Assembly: GCA_963785305.1 (NCBI GenBank)
Contig: CAWAUV010000005.1
Location: forward strand, 416,001-480,000
Direction: 5' to 3'
DNA length: 64,000 bases
Source: an uncultured Planctomycetaceae bacterium
GTDB lineage: Bacteria > Planctomycetota > Planctomycetia > Pirellulales > PALSA-1355
Shown: positions 55,705 to 64,000 of the stretch, piece by piece
How the letters are laid out: the number at the start of each line of letters is the position of its first letter
Numbering within the stretch: position 1 is the stretch's first letter
Position numbers and translations under genes: made by a program
Notes under the pieces: model-generated
Told to the model about the DNA's origin: nothing
The model's input: the letters and a program-made list of their open reading frames with translations, nothing else
Databases searched by the model: none

Positions 55705-57771
55705 TCAGCCGATCACGACGCGCGGATGCCGGCTCGAATTCGGCTCCGCCTTGCGGATCAATTCGCGGACCCGCCACGGGACATTGCCTTCGCCAAACAG
55801 AAAGAAGCCGATCGCGGCCGAAAGTGGGTTTTCGTCGGACCAGCCGAAATGAATTTCGGGGGGATCGCCAAACCGCGACAGCTCGAGCGCGATCGTCGCC
55901 AACACATGGGCAATCAACGCGCATCGCTCCACCTTGATGATGAACCGCCCTTCTTCCTCGTAAATCCGCATTACGGGGCTATGCTGGAAATCGCTCGGGT
56001 CGCCGAGCTGCGCTTCGACAAAAATAATCGGCACTTCAAGCGGCAACCGATGCCGCTCTCGAATGCTCGCCTCTTTGTCTTCCAAGCGGCGCCGGCCCGG
56101 CCGATGCGGCACGAGCACCGGAAAGTCCATGATCTTGAGCGAGTCCCAAAGGAACTGCGATTGCGAATCGGCGAATTCGAAGCGGTTGAACCGCAGCTCG
56201 GTGCTCCGCTTGATGCGCGAGAAAAACGATGACGCCAAGATGGCGAGAATGAAAAAGCTGGCGATTCTCAGGCCATCGGGCCGCTCGATCATGTTGGCGC
56301 CGGTCGTGTAAATGAACACGGCCGCGATCATCGCGTAGCCCCAAGGCAGCCGCCAAGCCCAGTGCCCCTGGCGATGGCGAAAGATATCGATCACCGTCGC
56401 CACGGCCGCGCTGCTCATCAACACGAGCACTCCGGTGGCATAGGCCCCGCCTTGCGCCTCGACATTGGCGTCGAACCATATCGTGACAATCAGATTGACC
56501 ACGGTGAACAGCACCGTGAGCGGCCGCACCGCGCCGGCCCATTCGGGCGCCATGCCATAGCGCGGTAAATACTGCGGCACCAAATTCAGCAGGCCCGCCA
56601 TGGCGCTCATGCCGGCAAAGGCCAGAATCACCACCGTGCTCACGTCGTAGATCGTGCCGAACCATTCGCCGAATATCGGATTCAAATTCAGATGGCTCTC
56701 GCCATGCGCGAGAAACGCGAGCGCTCGCGAAACCGCGGGGCCGCTGCCCTCGAGCTCCTCGGGCTGAATGCACGTGGCGGTGACAAAAGCCGATCCGAGC
56801 AGCCCGATCGACATGATCACGGCGGCCGTGGTGAGCAGCAGCCGCGTGTTGCGAATGCGTCCGGCCGGTCGCTGGGGATCGTCGCCGGGCGAACCCATGA
56901 TTAGCGGCATCACGGCCACGCCGGTTTCGAACCCGCTGAGCCCGAGCGCCAGTTTCGGGAAATAAAACAAGCTCAAGAGCGTGATCATGCCCCAACCATG
57001 GCTCGAAGGCTGCCCGCTCGCCAAGTGCCAGTTGCCGCTGGTGAGATGCTCGACCCACACATTGAACTGCGAGGGGTGTGCCACGAGATAGGCAATGCCC
57101 GATCCGATCACGATCACATTGAGCGTGAGATACACGCCCACGATCACCACGGCCAAGCCGATCACTTCCTTGAAGCCGCGCAAAAACAGGGCGCCCAAGA
57201 TCACCAGCAGTCCGACGGTGAGCATCATGCGCTGCGGACTTTCGCCCCAGGCCAGCACGAAGTCGGGCATTTGCCGAAACATCGGGTTGTGCATCACGTG
57301 CTCGGAGGCGTCGGCGGCCGAGAGAGTCATCGTGATCACGAAGTCGGTCGCCGCGAAGCCCAACAGGGCCAAAACGAGCGCCTTGCCCGACCAGCCTCGC
57401 ACCAGTCGCTCGAGCATGGCCACCGAGCCTTGGCCATGGGGCGAGCTCGACGCCACATGGCAATAGACCGGCAGCGCGCCGACCAGGGTGACGACGACCA
57501 GCACGATCGTGGCCAGCGGCGCCAGCACTCCGGCGGCGCTAAAGGCGATCGACGGCTGGTAGCCGAGCGTGCTGAAATAATCGACGCCCGTCAGGCACAT
57601 TACCCACAGCCAAAAACTGGCGTGGTGCGGATGCGCCGCGGTCGATTCGGTCGCATGAGGGCCCGATGGGTGGTCCTTTTGCGGACCGCTGGCCGCGGAA
57701 TCGGCGGGACCCGAGGCAGGATCGCCGGGCGTCGAGTCGCTGAGTGATATGCTTTGGTGCGATTCAGTCAC
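55705..57771 (-). CDS. APC-superfamily amino acid transporter with a soluble C-terminal domain
   Basis: GVDYFSTLGYQP, LGLSGFETG, QGGAYATGVL; about 12 TMs. Confidence 0.82.
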   Translation of the reverse strand: MTESHQSISLSDSTPGDPASGPADSAASGPQKDHPSGPHATESTAAHPHHASFWLWVMCLTGVDYFSTLGYQPSIAFSAAGVLAPLATIVLVVVTLVGALPVYCHVASSSPHGQGSVAMLERLVRGWSGKALVLALLGFAATDFVITMTLSAADASEHVMHNPMFRQMPDFVLAWGESPQRMMLTVGLLVILGALFLRGFKEVIGLAVVIVGVYLTLNVIVIGSGIAYLVAHPSQFNVWVEHLTSGNWHLASGQPSSHGWGMITLLSLFYFPKLALGLSGFETGVAVMPLIMGSPGDDPQRPAGRIRNTRLLLTTAAVIMSIGLLGSAFVTATCIQPEELEGSGPAVSRALAFLAHGESHLNLNPIFGEWFGTIYDVSTVVILAFAGMSAMAGLLNLVPQYLPRYGMAPEWAGAVRPLTVLFTVVNLIVTIWFDANVEAQGGAYATGVLVLMSSAAVATVIDIFRHRQGHWAWRLPWGYAMIAAVFIYTTGANMIERPDGLRIASFFILAILASSFFSRIKRSTELRFNRFEFADSQSQFLWDSLKIMDFPVLVPHRPGRRRLEDKEASIRERHRLPLEVPIIFVEAQLGDPSDFQHSPVMRIYEEEGRFIIKVERCALIAHVLATIALELSRFGDPPEIHFGWSDENPLSAAIGFFLFGEGNVPWRVRELIRKAEPNSSRHPRVVIG

Positions 57772-58112
57772 GTAAACTTATTAGACTCCCCTGGGACGCC
57801 GCCTCAACGGAATCTAATGCTCGGTAGCTTCCGATGCAAGCCTCCTAATCCGCGAGTTGCCGCATCGCCGCGCCGCGTTGGGCAAACGCCGCGTGGCGAT
57901 CGCCTCGGGAATCGCCCCGGCGGAAGCCAAGAAAAACCGCGAAGGGATTCCTTGCCAATGGGCGGTGAGCGGCTATAAAATAATCGTGTCCACTGGCGCG
58001 ACGCGACCGATTGCGATCGCATTGCGTCGTCTCTCGTTCAAGGAACAGTTCGGCGCTAGCCTTGCTTTGACGCTTGGGGTCGGCTTTCTCGGCGCCAGGA
58101 GCGCGTGCGACC

Positions 58113-58596
58113 ATGTCGGGGGCAGGATGGAATCTGGCGATTGCTTTGGGCTGCGCGGCGCTTGTGCTTGCGCCGTTGGTGGCGCTCGTTGCTTGGCGAC
58201 CGTACCGCATTCGCCGCAAAGAGGCCCAACTTGCCCGCGCGGCGCGACTTTCATCGCCTGCGCGAGCGGCTTGAAGCCAAGTTCTTCGCCTTGGCTTCGC
58301 GGGCCGGCAAACCGCGCGGCCTGGAATGGATATCCTGTGATTTCGAAGACCTCGTGGTCTATGCGCGTGATCGGCGCAGCGGCGAGCTCTCGGCGTTCGT
58401 GGGAGTGACGATCCAGTTCGCGGCGATCCCCGGCGGAGAAATGGAAGATGTGGCCGCGGCTGACGATCCGCGCGAGGCCACCGCGGTCTTCCGGCTCGAC
58501 GCGCGCTCGTGGAACACCGATGGCCGCGCGATCTTCAATTTGAATCCCGCCGAGGCCGTGCGCTACTTTCGCGAAAACCTCGAGCTGGTCCGCTAA
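58113..58596 (+). CDS. Hypothetical protein with an N-terminal TM (frameshift near 58240)
   Basis: TM segment in one frame, then SRAGKPRGLEW...GRAIFNLNP in the next. Confidence 0.6.
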
Positions 58597-58638
58597 CGGA
58601 AAATGCGGCGCGGCAGCGCCTATCTCGCTCGACCAGCC

Positions 58639-59064
58639 TCACGCCAACTTGGCTTTGAGCTGGATCGGCACCGCCGAAAGGGCCTTCGAGATCGGGCAGT
58701 TCTCTTTCGCCTTTTTGGCGATCTCTTGAAATTCTTGCTCGCTCAAATCCGGAACTTCGCCCACGGTTTCCAGCTCGATGCCGATGATCGCGAAACCCTC
58801 GCCGACTTTGTCGAGCTTGACCTTGGCGGTGGTATGCACGCGCGTGGGAACATGGCCCGCCTCGGCCAGCATGTGCGAGAAAGCCATCGAGAAGCAGCCC
58901 GAATGCGCGGCGGCGATGAGCTCCTCGGGATTGGTTCCGGGGCCATCGGCAAACCGCGATTGAAATCCAAACCGACCTTCATAGGCGCCACTGCCGAGCT
59001 TGATCGAGCCATCGCCACGGGTCAAATCGCCTCGCCACTCGGCTTCGCTCTTGCGCGTGATCAT
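58639..59064 (-). CDS. osmC: OsmC peroxiredoxin
   Basis: GTNPEELIAAAHSGCFSMA and AKENCPISKAL. Confidence 0.93.
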   Translation of the reverse strand: MITRKSEAEWRGDLTRGDGSIKLGSGAYEGRFGFQSRFADGPGTNPEELIAAAHSGCFSMAFSHMLAEAGHVPTRVHTTAKVKLDKVGEGFAIIGIELETVGEVPDLSEQEFQEIAKKAKENCPISKALSAVPIQLKAKLA

Positions 59065-59321
59065 GAGCAGACCTCCAGGAAAAAAGGCTCTCGCCAACGT
59101 CAGGGGTCGAACCAGCGAGAAAGCGCGACCATCGAATGGCCACCCGGTTCATTCATAACCCAAACGTCGGCGAGGTCGGGAAAGTTTCAACAACGGCCGC
59201 TGGAAAATCGCGGGCGCCCCGCGTTCGTCCCGAGCAGTATAGCGGGGCGGTCAAGCCGGCGCGGAGGCGGCTCGCGACGGAAGTCGACCGCGCCGTTTCG
59301 CGGCGATCGGGTCGTATAAAT

Positions 59322-59355
59322 AGAAACGCCCGGCGCGGGCCGGGCGTTTCTTTCT
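59322..59355. terminator. Intrinsic terminator (bidirectional form)
   Basis: 12-bp stem AGAAACGCCCGG/CCGGGCGTTTCT with T-rich tails on both strands. Confidence 0.75.
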
Positions 59356-59538
59356 CGTCGGATTGAGCGGGACAAAGAGCGGCCATTCATCGACGCGGCG
59401 CCCATGCGCCAGCGCCTGTCTGCGCTGTTCTTCGCAAAAACGAAACGCGAAGCTCATAGCACCCGAGAGTGCGATCTTCACGATTCGTTGGCCTGTCGGG
59501 TCCTCTGACGGCAACCTGAGTCGCCAATTCAGTCGAAC

Positions 59539-59631
59539 CTAGCTCGACTTCTTCTTGCCCTTCTTCTTGCTCTTCTTCTTGGTCCCCTTCGCGGCCGGCG
59601 CGCTCTTCTTCTTCGATTTCTTCTTGGCCAC
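59539..59631 (-). CDS. Tiny lysine-rich, histone H1-like peptide (30 aa)
   Basis: GAGGAG RBS 8 nt before GTG; MAKKKSKKKSAPAAKGTKKKSKKKGKKKSS*; 15 of 16 Lys codons are AAG. Confidence 0.7.
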   Translation of the reverse strand: MAKKKSKKKSAPAAKGTKKKSKKKGKKKSS

Positions 59632-59827
59632 CTTCGATTCTCCTCACAAGATACAGGCTCTCGATGTCCATGACGATCGGGCTGGGATCGATCGCACATC
59701 GACTCTTCGAGCCGCGAACCGAACACTTCGGGCCGCTCACGTCATGTAAGCGACACTTCGATTCGCTCGTGTCTCCGGTCATGCGTCACGCATGCGAAAG
59801 GCATGCACGACATGAACCGTTTTGAAT

Positions 59828-59875
59828 ATCCTACGCATCCGCAAGATTTCTGCAAGAACATTTTCATCTTTTTTC
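59828..59875 (-). promoter_or_regulatory. Putative sigma70 promoter with an A-rich UP element
   Basis: AAAAAAGATGAAAATG...TTGCAG-16 nt-TAGGAT. Confidence 0.5.
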
Positions 59876-59959
59876 AATGCAATCGCGTCGATCGCGCAAG
59901 CGCGTGCGCCTTGATGCGCAGCCATCGCGCGAACATCGCGCTTCAACGTTCGCGATCGC

Positions 59960-60289
59960 TCATGTCTCGCGCGACCCAAGCGAAGCAAGCAGTTCCGACA
60001 TCTCGCCGGCCGCGTGCGCGTTGTTCTGAAGACGCGCCGCTTCGATGCCCAAACGCAATGTGGCGCGGGCATCGTCGATCCGATCGAGTCGCGTCATTTG
60101 CTGGGCCGACATGAAAAAAGCCGGCACATAGGGTGGCTCGTCGCGCATCAAACCTTCGAACAGCGCGAAGCTTTCGGCGTGGCGATTCTCTTTCGCCAAC
60201 TCCATCGCCAAGCTGTAACGCAGAAACGTGTCGCTCGGCTCGAGCGCGAGCATGGCTTCGATTTTCTCACGGCGCGAGGCGGGAACCAT
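59960..60289 (-). CDS. Small TPR-like protein
   Basis: SRREKIEAML..EPSDTFLRYSLAME...YVPAFFM...HAAGEM. Confidence 0.75.
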   Translation of the reverse strand: MVPASRREKIEAMLALEPSDTFLRYSLAMELAKENRHAESFALFEGLMRDEPPYVPAFFMSAQQMTRLDRIDDARATLRLGIEAARLQNNAHAAGEMSELLASLGSRET

Positions 60290-60369
60290 GCGATGGCTTT
60301 CGTGTGCGAGGAACAAATCCGCTCGGGCCGGACGGCCGGGAATGGCGGATCGTGGATCGAATCGCAGCT

Positions 60370-60975
60370 TCATGCGCCGACCGCGATCATGCCGCGCCTT
60401 TGCTCGTAGGCCGCGATCTTGTCGGCATGCTTCAAGGTAAGGCCGATATCGTCGAGCCCATGCAGCAGGCAATGACGGCGAAACGGCTCGACTTCGAATT
60501 CCTGGTCGAAGCCGGCGCCATCGCTCACCCTCCGCGTTTCGAGATCGATCGTGAGTCGATAATTGCCCTGGGCGGCGCGGGCAAACAGCGCGTCGACCAC
60601 GGATTCGTCGAAACGGATCGGGAGCATGCCGTTCTTAAAGCAGTTGTTGTAGAAAATGTCGGCGAAGCTAGGGGCGATGATCACGCGGAAGCCGTAATCA
60701 TCGAGCGCCCAGGGCGCATGCTCGCGGCTCGAGCCGCAGCCGAAATTTCGCCGCGCGAGCAACACGCTCGCCCCGGCCGCCGCCGGACGATTCAGCTCGA
60801 AGTCGGGGTTGGGGGCCTCGCCGTCTTCGAGAAAACGCCAATCGTAGAACAGAAACTGGCCGAAGCCGGTTCGTTCGATTCGCTTGAGAAACTGCTTGGG
60901 AATGATCTGATCGGTGTCGACATTGGCCCGGTCCATCGCGACGACGAGGCCCGTGTGGCGGATGAATGGTTGCAT
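60370..60975 (-). CDS. leuD: 3-isopropylmalate dehydratase small subunit
   Basis: [30 protein letters not shown]. Confidence 0.96.
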   Translation of the reverse strand: MQPFIRHTGLVVAMDRANVDTDQIIPKQFLKRIERTGFGQFLFYDWRFLEDGEAPNPDFELNRPAAAGASVLLARRNFGCGSSREHAPWALDDYGFRVIIAPSFADIFYNNCFKNGMLPIRFDESVVDALFARAAQGNYRLTIDLETRRVSDGAGFDQEFEVEPFRRHCLLHGLDDIGLTLKHADKIAAYEQRRGMIAVGA

Positions 60976-60977
60976 GG

Positions 60978-62395
60978 TCAGCTCTTGTACTCCCAGTTGC
61001 GAATGTCCACGAAATGTCCGGCGACGGCCGCGGCGGCGGCCATGGCCGGCGACACCAGATGCGTGCGTCCGCCCTTGCCTTGCCGGCCCTCGAAATTGCG
61101 ATTGCTGGTCGAGGCGCAGTGCTCGCCCGGCGAGAGCTTGTCGGGATTCATCGCCAGACACATGCTGCAACCGGCCTCGCGCCATTCGAAGCCGGCGGCG
61201 CGAAACACCGCGTCGAGCCCCTCGGCTTCGGCCTGCTTCTTCACTTGCCCGGAGCCCGGCACCACCATGGCGCCGACGCGCGAGGCGACGCGATAGCCCC
61301 GCACGACGGCGGCCGCCGCGCGCAAATCCTCGATCCGCGCATTCGTGCACGAGCCGATAAATACCCGGTCGAGCTCGATCGCCTCGATCTTCTGCCGCGG
61401 GGAGAGCGCCATGTAGTCGAGCGCGCTGGCGGCGCTCTTGCGATCGGCGTCGCTCGGCAACTCGCTGGGGTCGGGAACTTCGCCCGTGACCGACGCCACC
61501 TGGCCCGGATTGGTTCCCCAAGTCACTTGCGGGGTGACATCGGCCGCCGCGAACACCAGTGACTTGTCGTATCGGCGCCTGGGTCGCTGGGCAATTCTCG
61601 CCACTTGGACACCTGGGCCTCGAAATCCCGGGGGGCAAACTCGCGCCTGCGCAGGTAGTCGAATGTCTTTTCATCGGGAGCGATCATGCCGGCCCGGGCC
61701 CCCGCTTCGATCGACATATTGCAAACGGTCATTCGCTGCTCCATGCCGAGGGCGCGAATCGTGCCGCCGGTGTACTCGACGACATAGCCGGTGCCCCCGT
61801 CGGTCGTGATCTGGCCGATCAGATACAGGATCAGATCCTTGGCGGTCACTCCCGGCCGAAGGTCGCCTTCGACGCGAAGTTCGAGCGTCTTGGGCAATGC
61901 TTGAAGCAAGGTTTGCGTGGCGAGCACATGCTCGACCTCGCTGGTGCCGATGCCGAAGGCGAGCGCGCCAAAGGCGCCGTGCGTGGCGGTGTGGCTATCG
62001 CCGCAGACGATAATCATGCCCGGCTGCGTGAACCCGAGTTCCGGCCCGATGATATGCACGATGCCTTGCTTCGGATCGCCCAGATCGAAAATGCGAACGC
62101 CGAATTCGCGGCAATTCGCGCGGAGCGTGTCGATCTGCTGCTTCGAGACGAGGTCGGCGATCGGAAGACGCCGATCGGTGGTGGGCACATTGTGGTCGGG
62201 CACCGCCACGGTGAGCTCGGGGCGCCGCACGCGCCGACCGGCGAGCCGCAGCCCCTCGAAGGCTTGCGGGCTCGTGACTTCATGGACCAAATGCAGGTCG
62301 ACATAGAGAATTGCCTGCTTGCCGGGCTCCTGATAAACGACATGGGAGTCCCAGATTTTCTCGAACATCGTGCGCGGACGCGGTGCAGTGGTCAT
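60978..62395 (-). CDS. leuC: 3-isopropylmalate dehydratase large subunit (frameshift near 61578)
   Basis: [42 protein letters not shown]. Confidence 0.95.
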
Positions 62396-62752
62396 GGAAA
62401 ACGCTCGAACTTGCTTGGAAATGGAAAAAAATGTGGGGTGGATCTCGAAAAATGGGCGCCGACGTACCGCCCGGAGCGGCGAGAGCGGCGCGGGACCATG
62501 CATTATAGAACGAATCTCGCGAGAGTTTAACCACTAATTTCCCCGGCGCGACCGACCATGCGCCGCGTTCCGCTTCCAGACTTTATCCGTTCTCGCCATG
62601 TGGAGATTCGATTGAATTTGACAAGCCCCCCTCATGAGCACATGTTGGACACGGTAAACGCGCGGCGAACGTCGAAGGACGCTCGCTGATAAACCGCTCC
62701 GGGCGATTCATTTTCCGAAATTCGCAAGCTCCCCCGCAGTGTGAGACACTTC

Positions 62753-64000
62753 ATGAAGCGAATCCTCTTGGCCGCCGCGCTTGCGGCGATCGCCATCGCT
62801 CTTTTGCCGCCATCGGCTCGCGCGGGCTCCTATTTCAACCTCATCAAGCCCGACAAGGACAGGCCCCCCCATGAATGCGTCGTGTTCGACGCCCGTTACA
62901 CCGACAACGCGGCGACGTATTTCGCCACCTATCCCCAGGACATCTATTCGCAAGAGGGATGGATCGCCCAGTACTACGGCGGCGTGCAACCGAATACGCC
63001 GCGGCGGCGCACGGGCTTGCTTTATTCCTCCTGGCAGATGCAGGGCAAGGGCCATCCCACGAGCGGCATCGATTTCGTCCATGCCGGCCCGCGCATGGGA
63101 TGGCGCCGCTCCACCTGGGAAGGATCCTCCGGCGGCATGTACGGCGAATGGCCCAGCGGCGAGTTCGACATGCACAAGTGGTATCGCTTCGTCCACCGTG
63201 TCTGGAGGCCGGCGAATCACGCGTCGCATGTCGGCCATGCCGGCGTGTGGATGAAAAGCCTCGAGACCGGCCAGTGGCATCACCTCGCCACCTTCGAATT
63301 CCCGGCCGAAGTCACCGGACTCAGCAACATGCAGGGATTCATCGAGCAGTACGGGCCCGACGCTTTCGACACGGCGACCATCGAGTTCCGCAATTGCTAT
63401 TCGCTGGTCGGCGGCCAATGGATTTCGCGGCCGAACTTTTCGGCCGTGAACGCGAAGGACAGCACGATCCAAGTTTCCGCCGGCGAAGGCAGTCGTAGCG
63501 TCATTCTGCGCGAGACGCGGAACCCGATCGACCCCGCGACGCACAAGCGCAAGCGGGATAGCAATGAAGTCGCTCAAACCTTCGCGCTCGAACAGCCGGC
63601 GCTGCCCGATTTCTTCGACGGGGCGAAGATCGAATCGGCGAGCGCCGAATGGTTGGGCAACCAAGTCGTCGTGCGTTGGAAGATCGACCCGAAGTCGGCG
63701 CCGCAACTAGGATACATCGTCGAAGTCCTGAATGAATCGGCCGAACCGCTGGCCACCGCGCGGGAAAACGATCCGGAGGCCCGCCAGTGCGACATTGCCT
63801 TGTCCGCGGCGCCGCGCGGCAAGCCGACGGCGCGGCTACGCATCGCCGACATCTTCCTGAAGGAGTCGGCGCGCGTCGACGTTTCCGTCTCGCTCAGCCA
63901 GCCGGCGCGGCGACTTCGCAAGAGCGCCTCGCGCCGGGGCTGGCCTATCGCTATTATGAATCGGAGCGGCCGGAGACTTGGGGCTCTTTGCCCAACTTCA
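62753..64000 (+). CDS. Large secreted protein, DUF3472-like N-terminus, runs off the window
   Basis: Absent from the ORF track; MKRILLAAALAAIAIALLPPSARA signal, YYGGVQ...LLYSSW, GFIEQY; GLAYRYYE (PA14-like start) in a shifted frame near the end. Confidence 0.7.
   Translation, partial: MKRILLAAALAAIAIALLPPSARAGSYFNLIKPDKDRPPHECVVFDARYTDNAATYFATYPQDIYSQEGWIAQYYGGVQPNTPRRRTGLLYSSWQMQGKGHPTSGIDFVHAGPRMGWRRSTWEGSSGGMYGEWPSGEFDMHKWYRFVHRVWRPANHASHVGHAGVWMKSLETGQWHHLATFEFPAEVTGLSNMQGFIEQYGPDAFDTATIEFRNCYSLVGGQWISRPNFSAVNAKDSTIQVSAGEGSRSVILRETRNPIDPATHKRKRDSNEVAQTFALEQPALPDFFDGAKIESASAEWLGNQVVVRWKIDPKSAPQLGYIVEVLNESAEPLATARENDPEARQCDIALSAAPRGKPTARLRIADIFLKESARVDVSVSLSQPARRLRKSASRRGWPIAIMNRSGRRLGALCPTS

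Noticed and set aside
59387..59782. Glu-rich 131-aa ORF from the track
   Set aside because: It is a shifted reading of the AAG repeats; the strong RBS sits in front of the Lys frame
5436..63950. About 20 frameshifts (gcvPA, gcvPB, ligase, RND, TolC, sulfatase, carB, ATPase, mraZ, WD40, cinA, leuC and others) as pseudogenes or programmed frameshifting
   Set aside because: They hit core genes at scattered positions in GC-rich runs, with intact motifs on both sides and no shared slippery site; uncorrected long-read indels are the simplest explanation. Read remapping would settle it.

Overview
GC-rich bacterial chromosome segment. The DUF1549/DUF1553 protein, planctomycete-cytochrome/WD40 protein, UDPGP-type pyrophosphorylase and REP families point to a planctomycete (Pirellulales-like). 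Most of the window is housekeeping: cls, tRNA-Gly, the glycine-cleavage operon with a lipoate ligase, ruvX, an RND efflux system, manC, metK, a GGDEF protein, a sulfatase, carB, a nucleoside hydrolase, mraZ, cinA, UDG, osmC and leuCD. Accessory pieces are a ppk2 plus type IIIA H+-ATPase pair, an IS701-type element and an RHS remnant. Roughly 20 frameshifts, including in carB, leuC and gcvP, look like assembly indels rather than biology. Signals missed by the ORF track: (1) a 30-aa micro-ORF with 16 lysines, histone H1-like, in its own apparent transcription unit with structured flanks; (2) a ~205-nt rod-shaped RNA with 6S-like architecture upstream of gcvT; (3) three MITE families, two with visible target-site duplications, including one nested insertion and repeated insertion exactly at stop codons; (4) an orphan mraZ that keeps its 10-bp-periodic operator and is followed by a structured 3' RNA. 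All function calls come from motif recognition by eye; no searches were run.
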